Source of the DNA: a virus
DNA: 64,000 nucleotides
Reading direction: 5' to 3' (one strand)
Virus record (IMG/VR): IMGVR_UViG_3300035701_000011
Location: 33,146-97,145 of that record
A program made the position numbers and the translations under genes. How positions within the stretch are numbered: position 1 is the stretch's first letter; each line of letters begins with the position of its first letter. The notes under the pieces are model-generated. The model was not told where the DNA came from, ran no database searches, and was given only the letters and a program-made list of their open reading frames with translations. Shown one piece after another: positions 20,185 to 30,318 of the stretch.

Positions 20185-20852
20185 ACAAATGTATAATTTG
20201 TAAAGAAAAATTTCAACCAAATAGTAATAATCAAAAATGTTGTTCAATTGACTGTTATAAAATTCATAAGAACAACTATCAAATAATTTATCGCAGTAAC
20301 AGGAACCAAGAAAAGAAAATGATTTGTTTGATTTGTAAAAATGAATTTATTAAGATTGGTAATCAAATATGTTGCAGTAAAAAATGTTCTACTATTAATA
20401 AAAAAGAGAAACATATAATTTATCGATTAAATCATAAAAAAGTAAAAGAAATTTATGATAATAATTATCGGCAAATTCATAGAATAGCAATAAATGAATC
20501 ACATAAAAAACGTTTTGAATCTGATATTAATTTTAGAATAATGTGTAATTTAAGAAGTAGATTACTTTCAGCAATTAGGGGTAATCCAAAATTAGAAACT
20601 ACTACAAAATTAGTTGGATGTAGTATAGATAAATTTAAGAAACATCTTGAAAAACAGTTCAAAATAGGGATGAATTGGAATAATTGGGGTAGGGGTTGGA
20701 GTGGAATGGGCATGAAAGAATGGCATATAGACCATATTATTCCTTGTTGTCAATTTGATTTAACGAAAAAATTGGAACAAAAGAAGTGTTTTCATTATAC
20801 TAATCTTCAACCTCTGTGGGCAATAGAAAACATGCAAAAAAGGAAAAAATAA
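20181..20852 (+). mobile_element. HNH homing endonuclease (family A) inserted in sbcC
   Basis: Two CxxC...CS..C Zn modules; WHIDHIIPCCQFDL...NLQPLW; ATGA and TAATG overlaps. Confidence 0.88.
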
Positions 20853-21544
20853 TGGAATGTCCTATTCTAAAAGAAAAATATAACCTAATATATAAAGAAA
20901 AAGAGCAAGAAATTTTAAAATTAAATGAAGAGATTAACGATTATAAGAAACAATTAGAATTAGAACAAGATTCTATTTCTTATTATAATGATATGTTGGA
21001 ATCAATTCGCAATAAAGAAGAAAAAGTACGACAAAAATTAACACAATTAAAGTCTGCATTTCAATTTGCTGATTATAAATATACTAAAGCCGACATCGTA
21101 ATCTATGATGAAGCGGTAAAAATTTTAGATACATTTGCTGGTGAATATATAAAGGAATGGTTATCTTCTCTTTCAGTAATTATAAATAACCTTCTTCAAC
21201 CTATAAATATTTCAGTAGAGTTTACTGCGGATAAAGATTTTTTACATGTTTATGATAATGAACAAATGTTAAAGTATGACCAATTATCGAAAGGTCAGAA
21301 GACATTTTTGGGGTGTTTATTTAAATTTGCTATCTTAATGCAGCAAAATAAATCGGGGATAGTGATTTTAGACGATGGACTCAATGATATTGATTGGATT
21401 AATTTTAAAAATTTAATAAATATAATTAAAACTCTTCCCTTTCAAGCAATCTGTGTGTATCAGGGATTGCAAGAAAAAATAGAAGATACAAAACATTTTT
21501 TAGTTATAAGAGAAAAAGGAATTTCAAATGTTAAAACTGAATAA
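20852..21544 (+). CDS. sbcC: SbcC/Rad50-like ATPase, C-terminal half
   Basis: Starts MECPILK; coiled coil; ABC signature LSKGQK; Walker B VILDD. Confidence 0.85.
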   Translation: MECPILKEKYNLIYKEKEQEILKLNEEINDYKKQLELEQDSISYYNDMLESIRNKEEKVRQKLTQLKSAFQFADYKYTKADIVIYDEAVKILDTFAGEYIKEWLSSLSVIINNLLQPINISVEFTADKDFLHVYDNEQMLKYDQLSKGQKTFLGCLFKFAILMQQNKSGIVILDDGLNDIDWINFKNLINIIKTLPFQAICVYQGLQEKIEDTKHFLVIREKGISNVKTE

Positions 21545-21799
21545 GAAAAAACATTTTAATTGTAAAAATTGTATCTGCCAAGAAAAGGTAAAATTTCAGA
21601 ACAATGTATTATTTTGTTTTGGATTAATTAAAAAAACTTATTATAAAGAAGACCACTATCGTTTTTGTATAATTAAAGGAAAAAAACGTTCAGCAAATGA
21701 TATAATGTTAGAAGAACTTCATAGTATGTTAATGGGATTGTCAAGGATTCTTTTTCAAAAAAGATTAGAAGAAGTAAATAAAGATAGGAGATTAAAAAA

Positions 21800-22954
21800 A
21801 TGAATACTATTCAAATTAATAAGCCAGGGAATTCTACTATGGTATTAGTTATGGCTCCTACAGGAGCCTATTACGAAGATGATAAATATAAAGGTATATC
21901 TCATTTTTTAGAACATATGTGTTTTAAGGGAACTAAAAAAAGAACCAGAGAAGAAATAAATTCTACAATAGAAAATGTAGGTGGTGATATTAATGCTTTT
22001 ACTGATTGGGAAGTTACTGCTTATTGGGCAAGAGTTGGAAATGCCTACAAAAAAATAGCATTTGATATTATTGAAGATTTAGTTACTAATCCTATTATTC
22101 CTGATAAAGAAGTAGATAAAGAAAGAGAAGTAATTATACAAGAATTAAAAATGGGCGTGGATGATGCCAAAGGATATACTTGGGATTTATTTCATTCTGC
22201 TCTTTATGAAAAAAAATCTGGATTTCATATATCAATTATAGGAACCAAAGAATCTCTTTATAGAATTAAACAAGAGGATTTGGAAAAATATCACAATCAA
22301 TATTATAAATCAAATAATTTAACTAAAATAATCGTGGGTGATGTTCCCAATATTGAAAAATTTCAAATGAAATCCTACAATATAAAAGAAAATTTTGTGA
22401 ATAAAAATCCTAAAGATAAATTAGTTACTCGCAAAGATATGACTCAAGCAAATATTATTATAGGAAATAGTACAAAACCTTTTGTATCTACTCAAGAAGG
22501 AGAAATTTTAAATTGGTTATTATCTTCTCTCTATAATGATATGAGTGGTAGATTGTTTTCTGTTATTAGAGAACAAAATCATTTAGTTTATAGAATAAGA
22601 TTTGGAATTGATTATAATAGAAATAGAGAAATGACTTGGAGTGTTTCTCTGGGATTAGATAAGAAGAATATTGAAAAAGCAAGAAAATTAATTGTTCAAG
22701 AATTAATCAGACCTGCTACAAAAAAAGAAATTGAAACTATCATAAATAAAACTATAGGTACTTTAGATTTATATTTGGATGATAATATTCATATAGCAAA
22801 TCAAATCGCTTATTTTGTTACTCGTAATATTGATTATAAATTCTTTATTTATGACTACAAAAAATATATAAAGCAAACTGCAAATTTAATTAATGATTAT
22901 ATTCAAGATTTACATTTTGAAAAAAATGTATTAGCTGGAGTAGTAGGAGAATAG
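21800..22954 (+). CDS. M16-family zinc peptidase
   Basis: GISHFLEHMCFKGT (HxxEH), NAFT, EREVIIQE, RLF..IRE...LVY. Confidence 0.9.
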   Translation: MNTIQINKPGNSTMVLVMAPTGAYYEDDKYKGISHFLEHMCFKGTKKRTREEINSTIENVGGDINAFTDWEVTAYWARVGNAYKKIAFDIIEDLVTNPIIPDKEVDKEREVIIQELKMGVDDAKGYTWDLFHSALYEKKSGFHISIIGTKESLYRIKQEDLEKYHNQYYKSNNLTKIIVGDVPNIEKFQMKSYNIKENFVNKNPKDKLVTRKDMTQANIIIGNSTKPFVSTQEGEILNWLLSSLYNDMSGRLFSVIREQNHLVYRIRFGIDYNRNREMTWSVSLGLDKKNIEKARKLIVQELIRPATKKEIETIINKTIGTLDLYLDDNIHIANQIAYFVTRNIDYKFFIYDYKKYIKQTANLINDYIQDLHFEKNVLAGVVGE

Positions 22955-23389
22955 ATGATTAAATATTTTATATTTACCTTAATTTTAGCCATTATAACTG
23001 CTCTATGGGAGATTCAGGCTGAAGGACATGATGGTTGGGCTAGGAATTTACCTACTTTCCGCATCAATGTATTCTTTAAAAAGTTATTAGGTGGTAAAAG
23101 TTTGACTGGTTATCATATCTTTTTATTACTCTTATTTATAACAGTATTTCATGGATTATTTATTAATGAATTAGGAACTTGGAAAATAGAATGTACTATT
23201 ATTGGACTAGTATCTTGGTTTTTTGTAATAGAAGATGCATTGTGGTTTATTTTTAATCCTCATTATACATTAAAAAAATTCTGTAAAGGAAAGATAGATT
23301 GGCATCGCAGATGGTTCTGTAAATTACCGATTACTTATTGGTGGGGAATGATTATAGGTACTTTATTATTAATTTTAGGAGGAAAATAA
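22955..23389 (+). CDS. Integral membrane protein
   Basis: About four hydrophobic segments. Confidence 0.65.
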   Translation: MIKYFIFTLILAIITALWEIQAEGHDGWARNLPTFRINVFFKKLLGGKSLTGYHIFLLLLFITVFHGLFINELGTWKIECTIIGLVSWFFVIEDALWFIFNPHYTLKKFCKGKIDWHRRWFCKLPITYWWGMIIGTLLLILGGK

Positions 23390-23390
23390 A

Positions 23391-23510
23391 ATGTATTATT
23401 GTAATGATTGTGATATTGCACATGAAGAAAGAAATTGCCCTCTTTGTGAAGCAAAAAAAGAAATTAAACAACTAGAACAAGAAATAGAAAGATTAAATAA
23501 TTTAGAATAA
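23391..23510 (+). CDS. 39-aa Zn-finger/coiled-coil peptide (paralog of 4413-4532)
   Basis: MYYCNDCDIAHEERNCPLCEAKKEIKQLEQEIERLNNLE; AGGAGG RBS. Confidence 0.7.
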   Translation: MYYCNDCDIAHEERNCPLCEAKKEIKQLEQEIERLNNLE

Positions 23511-23514
23511 TAAA

Positions 23515-24102
23515 ATGCCATATAAAAATAAAAAAGTTAGAACTAAATACCATAAAATATATTATTCGAAGCATAAAGATAAAATTTTAAGAATTGCAAA
23601 AAAATACATAAAATTACATAAAATAAAAGTTTCTATTTATCAAAAAAATTATCGCAAGAAGCATAAAGAAAAAATTAAACAATATAATGAACAACATAAG
23701 AAAAAAATTAATTTACAGATGAGAAAATGGAGAAAAGAAAATAGAAAAAAGATAACTCATTATATCAGGCAACGTAGAAATAATAATTTAGATATTAAAT
23801 TAAAAGATTATTTAAGAAATAGATTATATCAAACTTTAAAAGGACTTTATAAATCTAAATCAATTTTAAAATTACTCGGTTGCTCTATTAATTTTTTAAA
23901 AAATCATTTAGAAAAATTATTTGCTAAAGGTATGAATTGGCAAAACTATGGTAAGTGGCATATAGACCACATCAAGCCTTGTGCTTCATTTGACTTGAGC
24001 AAACCCGAAGAGCAACGTAAGTGCTTTCATTATAAAAATCTTCAGCCCTTATGGGCGAAAGAAAATTATATTAAACACGATAACATTATAAAAGAGGAAT
24101 AG
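23515..24102 (+). mobile_element. Free-standing HNH homing endonuclease (family A)
   Basis: WHIDHIKPCASFDL...NLQPLWAKEN. Confidence 0.88.
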
Positions 24103-24729
24103 ATGCTCAAAGATAAATTTCAAAATATTGAAGAATTTGATTTATATATAAAAGAACAATTGGATAGACAAGTTAAAGGATATTTGACTTATACAGAAAG
24201 AAAACAATTAAAAATATTATCGGATAAGAATTATAAACCTATTTTTACAAAAGAAGAAAAACCTAAACTTCCTATAGTTACTGATATAAATGAATTAAAA
24301 AAACCTTGCCAAGAAGTAACTAAGGAAGATAACATTTCCGAAATAATCCAAAAACTTAAAGATACCTTAGAAAGTAGAGGTGGGCTTGGAATTTCAGTCA
24401 ATCAAGTAGAAATTAAAAAAAGAATCTCTTATATAAAAATCCCTAAATTCACCAAAGATAAAAGAATAGAATTTAATGAATATATCTTGATTAATGCTAA
24501 AATAATAGAAAAAGATAAACCTATTAAGGTTAAAAATGAAGGATGTTTGTCTTTCCCTGGAGTTTATGTAGATACATTAAGATATGTATTTTGTACAGTA
24601 CAATTTTTAAATGAAAAAATGGAACAACAAACTGGAACGTTTCAAGATTTAGAGAGTCTTGTGGTACAACACGAATGTTCGCATCAAGAAGGTAAAACCA
24701 TTTTCGATTATAAATGGAGAAATAAATGA
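24103..24729 (+). CDS. def: Peptide deformylase
   Basis: GLGISVNQ, EGCLS, QHECSH. Confidence 0.88.
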   Translation: MLKDKFQNIEEFDLYIKEQLDRQVKGYLTYTERKQLKILSDKNYKPIFTKEEKPKLPIVTDINELKKPCQEVTKEDNISEIIQKLKDTLESRGGLGISVNQVEIKKRISYIKIPKFTKDKRIEFNEYILINAKIIEKDKPIKVKNEGCLSFPGVYVDTLRYVFCTVQFLNEKMEQQTGTFQDLESLVVQHECSHQEGKTIFDYKWRNK

Positions 24730-25304
24730 TTTTATTATTTTTAATAAGTTTAATAATTTGTATTTTTTGTCATGAATTTGCACATTTAATAACAGCAAAA
24801 AAATGTGGTTGTGGAGTTTTAGTTTTTAGTATAGGATTTGGAAAACCAATTTATAGTTTTGAATGGAAAAAAACTCGTTATAATTTCACTCCTTTTTTAC
24901 TGGGAGGATATTGTAAATTAGAAGGAGAATTAGATGGCAAATCAAACTCTCCAATAGCATTTACCAATTTATCCTATAGAAAAAAATTAATGATTGCTTT
25001 GGCAGGAGTAACTACAAATATGTTAATGGGCTCAATGATTTTTTTAATAGGTAGATTTATTCATTGTTATACATTAACTTATTTTGGATATTTAAGTTTT
25101 CTTTTAGGTCTTACAAATGCTATCCCATTTCCTGCATTAGATGGTAGTTATCCTATTTTAGTTTGGTTAGAAAAATTTTATGGAAAAGAAAAAGGATATA
25201 AATTAATGGGAATTGTTTGTAAATGGGGATTTATTATTCTTATGATATTAAATATATTATGTATTCCTTATCTTATTCATTTAATAAAACAAGGGATTTT
25301 ATAA
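24726..25304 (+). CDS. Site-2 (M50) intramembrane metalloprotease
   Basis: HEFAH, FSIGFG, GGYCKL, NAIPFPALDG. Confidence 0.88.
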   Translation: MILLFLISLIICIFCHEFAHLITAKKCGCGVLVFSIGFGKPIYSFEWKKTRYNFTPFLLGGYCKLEGELDGKSNSPIAFTNLSYRKKLMIALAGVTTNMLMGSMIFLIGRFIHCYTLTYFGYLSFLLGLTNAIPFPALDGSYPILVWLEKFYGKEKGYKLMGIVCKWGFIILMILNILCIPYLIHLIKQGIL

Positions 25305-26476
25305 TGAAAATAAATAAAAAACTTTTTTGGATTTTTGTACTCAGTTCCTCTGTTTATTTTACTCAAGGAATTGAAGGTCTTCCTGGATTGGCTTTAACAT
25401 TTTATTTAAAAGAAAAATTACATCTTAATCCTTCAACTATAATGTATCTTGGGTCAATCATAGGTCTTGCTTGGTTAATAAAACCATTATGGGGATATTT
25501 ATGTGATAATTATTTAACAAAAAAGAAATGGATAGTATTTTCTTTATTAGGAAGTTTAATAACTTGTCTTTATTTAGGATTAAATCCTTTTCTTGCCTTA
25601 CCTATTATTATCTTGTTGGCTTCAATAGGAAGTTGGACTACAGCAATAAGAGATGTAGCGGTAGATGGGATTATGTGTGTGGAAGGGAAAGAAGCAAATG
25701 AATGTGGTAGAATTCAAAGTATCCAGTGGACATCTATTACTATTGCAGGAATTATTGCAGGTCTTATTGGTGGATATGTTGCTGACCATTTTAATTATCA
25801 ATTTGGATATTTATGTTTAATTCCCTTCTATTTAATAATTATGGGAGTCGTATTAAGATATAGAACAACTGTACCAAAAAATAGAATAAAATCTATATCT
25901 ATTATAGATTCTATTTTATCTTATAAAGAATTATTTACTAATAAAAAATTCTTAATTGGTTGCTTATTTTTATTTCTCTATAATTTTAATCCTTCATTTG
26001 GTACTCCATTATTTTTTATAGAGAGAGATTCGTTTCATTGGTCTGGTACATTTATGGGGATATTGGGAGCCATTACTTCAGGTATAAGTATTATTGGGTC
26101 GATTTTATATTGGAAATTTGGAAAGAAAATAAATATTAAAAAATGTCTATTCTGGTCTGTATTTATTGGAGCTGGAACTACATTATGTTATCTTTATTTT
26201 ACACCAATTAGTGCTGTAATTTATGGTCTAATATTTTCATTGGCAGGAATGTTCATTTTTCTTAATGTGATGGCATGGATGGCTGAATCTACTATCACAG
26301 GGAAGGAAGCCACTTCATTTGCCTTACTTTGTAGTATAAATAATCTTGCAGGAACTTGTTCTGGTCTTACTGGAGCATTTCTTTTTCCAAAAATAGGATT
26401 ACAACCATTGATTATAGTTTCGGCATTAACGAGTTTTGCATGTTTACCTATTTTAAAAAGATTGGAAATAAAATGA
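25304..26476 (+). CDS. MFS transporter, folate/biopterin (BT1)-like
   Basis: About 12 TM segments; W.IKPLWG..CD, DVAVDG, G.IQS..W. Confidence 0.75.
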   Translation: MKINKKLFWIFVLSSSVYFTQGIEGLPGLALTFYLKEKLHLNPSTIMYLGSIIGLAWLIKPLWGYLCDNYLTKKKWIVFSLLGSLITCLYLGLNPFLALPIIILLASIGSWTTAIRDVAVDGIMCVEGKEANECGRIQSIQWTSITIAGIIAGLIGGYVADHFNYQFGYLCLIPFYLIIMGVVLRYRTTVPKNRIKSISIIDSILSYKELFTNKKFLIGCLFLFLYNFNPSFGTPLFFIERDSFHWSGTFMGILGAITSGISIIGSILYWKFGKKINIKKCLFWSVFIGAGTTLCYLYFTPISAVIYGLIFSLAGMFIFLNVMAWMAESTITGKEATSFALLCSINNLAGTCSGLTGAFLFPKIGLQPLIIVSALTSFACLPILKRLEIK

Positions 26477-26577
26477 ATAACGAAAAATTTGAATACGATT
26501 TATTAGAAGATTTAAGATTTTTAGAAGAGAAATATTCTCATATAGAAAAAGATTACCAACCCAGACAGGAGGAATAA

Positions 26578-27168
26578 ATGAATAGACCAAGAAGAGAAGA
26601 AGAACCAATAGAAGAATCTTTGGGAGACAAAAAAAACCGTTTCAATGAAGAATATTATTTTAAAATGTTAAACAAGAACAGAATAATATTATTATATGAT
26701 GAAATTGGTAATATTTCTGCTGATGTAGTATGTTCCAAAATTAAAGTCATGAATATTCTTGATACTAAAAAAGAAATAACAATCGAAATAAATTCCCCTG
26801 GAGGAGATATTTCTTACGGATTTTCTATAATTAATGCTATGGAACAAAGTAAGGCACCAATTCATACAATAATTAGTGGACAATGTTGTAGTATGGCAGC
26901 TATGATTAGTATAGTAGGCAAAAAAAGAAGTATATATTATAATTCTTACTGGATGAATCATCCTCTTTCTGAGGGGCAAGCAGACTATTTAAGTTTTATT
27001 AAAGATAGAACTACTTTTTTAATACATTTGGATAAAATGACAGAAAATCTTTTAAAAAAATATACTAAACTAAATAGAAAAGATTTAATAAAGATTGCTA
27101 CTGGCGAATTATGGTTATCAGCAGAAGAATGTTTGAGAAAAGGTATTGTAGATAAAATAATAAAATAA
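26578..27168 (+). CDS. clpP: ClpP-like protease
   Basis: INSPGG, CSMAA (Ser), MNHP (His), WLSAEE...GIVD. Confidence 0.85.
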   Translation: MNRPRREEEPIEESLGDKKNRFNEEYYFKMLNKNRIILLYDEIGNISADVVCSKIKVMNILDTKKEITIEINSPGGDISYGFSIINAMEQSKAPIHTIISGQCCSMAAMISIVGKKRSIYYNSYWMNHPLSEGQADYLSFIKDRTTFLIHLDKMTENLLKKYTKLNRKDLIKIATGELWLSAEECLRKGIVDKIIK

Positions 27169-27178
27169 GGAAAATAAA

Positions 27179-28792
27179 ATGACACTTGGTGTGGCTATAA
27201 TAGTTAAAAATGAAGAAAAAGTAATTGAACGAGCTTTATCTTCTTGCAAAGATATAATTGATAAAATCATTATATGTGATACTGGGTCTACAGATTCTAC
27301 TATTGAAAAGATTAGAAATTTTGCAGAAATTAATCATATACAATATGAAATTCATTCAAGAGAATGGAAAAATTTTAGTTGGAATCGTACAGAATTATTA
27401 AAAATTGCTAAAGATAAAACCGATTATTTATTATTACTTGATGCAGATGAAATAGTTGTTATTTCTAAAGATTTTAATAAAGAAAAACTTAATGCCGATG
27501 CCTATTATTTACATTATATAGGTGAATTAGATTATGCTCAACTTCTTTTGATTAACAACAGAATTAATTGGAATTATATAGGAGTAACTCATGAATATAT
27601 AGAATCAAAAGAAGCCAATACTTATATAGATTTGAAAGAAATTAAAATGCAAGATTTTTGTGATGGAACAAATCGTAAAGATAAATTTACAAGAGATATA
27701 CAGTTATTACAACAAGGAATTATAGATGAACCAAGCAATAGTCGTTATCATTTCTATTTAGGACAAAGTTATAAAGATTTAAAAAAATATGAAGAAGCCA
27801 TAAATTATTATTTAAAAACTATAAAATTAAGTTATTGGGTTAAAGAAATTTTTTATTCAAAATATCAAATTGGTAGATGCTTTGAAAATTTAGGAAAGAC
27901 CGATGAAGCAAAAATTGCTTATTTAAAAGCATGGGAATTTAGACCTGGAAGAGCAGAACCATTATATCGTTTAGCAGTTTTATGCCGAAATAATAAAGAG
28001 TATTATCAGGCTTATTTATTTTGTAAAAGAGCATTAGAAATTTCTTATCCTACAGACCATTTATTTTTGGAGAAATCAATATATGATTATTTATTAATAT
28101 TCGAATTGAGTATAAATGCATATTATGTAGGTCGTTATACAGAATCCTTAGAACTTTGCAAAAAATTAATGAAAATGGAAAATATTCCCGAATCAATTCT
28201 AATGCAGAACAGAATTAATATCCAATTCAGCGAATTAAAATTATATGGTAGTATTCTTACTTCTACTTTTGATAGAGAATCTGCTTTAGAAAATTTAAAA
28301 GATGTTTATAATATTTGTAATAAGTTAAATATTCCTGTTTTTCCAAATGCAGGAACTTTATTAGGAATTATTCGAGAAGGAGATTTTATCAGTCATGATG
28401 AAGATATAGATTTTGGAATAGAAATAAATAATTATTCTCCTCAATTAATAAAAGAATTAGAAAATAATGGATTTAAATTTGAACATACTTTTGGAACCGT
28501 AGAATTAGGTTATGAATTAAGATTTACAAAAAGAGGAATACAAACTGAATTTTCTTTATTTTATAATAAAAAAGATTATATTTGTACCTATTGTTATAGT
28601 GATGATGGCAAAATTTATGAATTAAAATATAAAAAATTTAAATTAGAAAAGTTTAATTTTAAAAATATAAAAATTAAAGTACCGAATAATCCCGAAGAAT
28701 ATTTAAGACAACAATATGGAGATGATTGGAGAGTTCCAAAAAAAGATTGGAATTATCTGACTGACCCCAAAAATATAATATTGGAGAAATAA
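27179..28792 (+). CDS. GT2 glycosyltransferase-TPR-LicD fusion
   Basis: IVKNEE, DTGSTD, LDADE, THE; TPR helices; LicD motifs GTLLGIIRE..FI.HD.DID and YL...YG.DW..P. Confidence 0.85.
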   Translation: MTLGVAIIVKNEEKVIERALSSCKDIIDKIIICDTGSTDSTIEKIRNFAEINHIQYEIHSREWKNFSWNRTELLKIAKDKTDYLLLLDADEIVVISKDFNKEKLNADAYYLHYIGELDYAQLLLINNRINWNYIGVTHEYIESKEANTYIDLKEIKMQDFCDGTNRKDKFTRDIQLLQQGIIDEPSNSRYHFYLGQSYKDLKKYEEAINYYLKTIKLSYWVKEIFYSKYQIGRCFENLGKTDEAKIAYLKAWEFRPGRAEPLYRLAVLCRNNKEYYQAYLFCKRALEISYPTDHLFLEKSIYDYLLIFELSINAYYVGRYTESLELCKKLMKMENIPESILMQNRINIQFSELKLYGSILTSTFDRESALENLKDVYNICNKLNIPVFPNAGTLLGIIREGDFISHDEDIDFGIEINNYSPQLIKELENNGFKFEHTFGTVELGYELRFTKRGIQTEFSLFYNKKDYICTYCYSDDGKIYELKYKKFKLEKFNFKNIKIKVPNNPEEYLRQQYGDDWRVPKKDWNYLTDPKNIILEK

Positions 28793-28793
28793 A

Positions 28794-29330
28794 ATGTATT
28801 ACTTTTGGTCTGATACTCATTTGGGTCATTGGAACATTGTAAAATATTGTAATAGACCATTCAAAACATTGAAAGAAATGGATTCTACTTTAATTAAAAA
28901 TTTCAATGATAGAGTAGATGAAAATGATGTCGTATTCTTTTTCGGAGATTTTTGTATGAAAAAATCTTCTGAAGCTAGTGAAGCTCCACAAGATGCCTTT
29001 GATTATTATCGGAATCAGTTAAAATGCAAAAATATTATTTTTATTAAAGGAAATCACGATAAAAATAATTCAACCAAAACTATAATTGAATCTGTTGTAA
29101 TCGATTTTGGTGGAAGTCACATCTACATGACTCACGACCCTAAGTATGCCAAAGAAGACTTTCAATTTAATTATTGCGGTCATACACATGGAAAATTCGG
29201 AAAGTTCCGAAAATTAGGACATAAATCTGTTATTGTAGACCTTTCGGTAGAAAATTGGGATTATAGACCTGTAAATATTAATGATATTAATCAAGCGTAT
29301 TCGAAATGGATAAGGGGAAATAAAAAATGA
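28794..29330 (+). CDS. Calcineurin-like metallophosphoesterase
   Basis: SDTH.GH, GDF, GNHD, H.P, GHTH. Confidence 0.85.
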   Translation: MYYFWSDTHLGHWNIVKYCNRPFKTLKEMDSTLIKNFNDRVDENDVVFFFGDFCMKKSSEASEAPQDAFDYYRNQLKCKNIIFIKGNHDKNNSTKTIIESVVIDFGGSHIYMTHDPKYAKEDFQFNYCGHTHGKFGKFRKLGHKSVIVDLSVENWDYRPVNINDINQAYSKWIRGNKK

Positions 29331-29517
29331 AAAATCGAATTAATTGGGGAATTTTATTGTGGGCTGCATTTTTAATTTTAATAACTTCTGATTGTAAAAA
29401 TTTAAAATATTTGCCTAACTTAATAAAAGAATTACATAAACTATTTAAAAAAGGTTCTGGTTATACGGAAGATAGTGGATTTATCCTGATTCATAAAAGT
29501 AAAGTAAAGGATTTATA

Positions 29518-30318
29518 ATGAAGATTTTAATTACTGGAGCAGATGGATTTTTAGGTAAACAATTAATGTTTACTCTTTATCCTACCAATAATGTAGTAGA
29601 TATTGATAAAGAAATAGATATTACTGAATATTCTAATTTACAACAAACTATACTTCATTATGCTCCGAATATTATTATTCATTGTGCTGGAATTGTTGAC
29701 CCAGCCATTTGTGAAGAAAATAAAGAATTGGCATATAAAGTAAATATAATTGGAACTGCTAATTTAATACAAATTTGTAAAGAATTGAATATTAAATTAA
29801 TTTTTATATCTACCGATTGCATTTTTTCGGGAATAAAAGAAGAATATTATGAAAATGATATTCCCGACCCAATTAATTATTATGGTTGGACTAAATATTG
29901 TGGAGAAAATTTAGTTAAAACTTTAGATAACTATTTAATTCTTAGACTTTCTTGGCTTTATGGAAAAGATTCTAAATTTATAAAACAAATATTAAACTGT
30001 AATTCTCCAATTTATTTAGACCATAATCAAATTCGCTATCCTCTTTTAGTAGACGATTTGACTTATATAATTTCTGATTTAATCAATGATAATAGCAAAA
30101 GAATATATCATATTAGAGGACAAGAAGGAGTTACTAAATTTTATCTAGCTCATTTAATCTCTGAAAAATTTAATTTAAAAAATTCTTATAATTTTTTAGA
30201 AGAAAAAGATGATTCTTACCTTAGACCAAATATTAAATTCAATTATAATTATTTTAGTCAGATTCATAGTTTAATTGATGGACTAGAAATAATTAAACAT
30301 CAATCGGAGAATAGATGA
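29518..30318 (+). CDS. RmlD-like NDP-sugar reductase (SDR)
   Basis: TGADGFLG, ISTD.IF.G, P.NYYG.TK. Confidence 0.85.
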   Translation: MKILITGADGFLGKQLMFTLYPTNNVVDIDKEIDITEYSNLQQTILHYAPNIIIHCAGIVDPAICEENKELAYKVNIIGTANLIQICKELNIKLIFISTDCIFSGIKEEYYENDIPDPINYYGWTKYCGENLVKTLDNYLILRLSWLYGKDSKFIKQILNCNSPIYLDHNQIRYPLLVDDLTYIISDLINDNSKRIYHIRGQEGVTKFYLAHLISEKFNLKNSYNFLEEKDDSYLRPNIKFNYNYFSQIHSLIDGLEIIKHQSENR

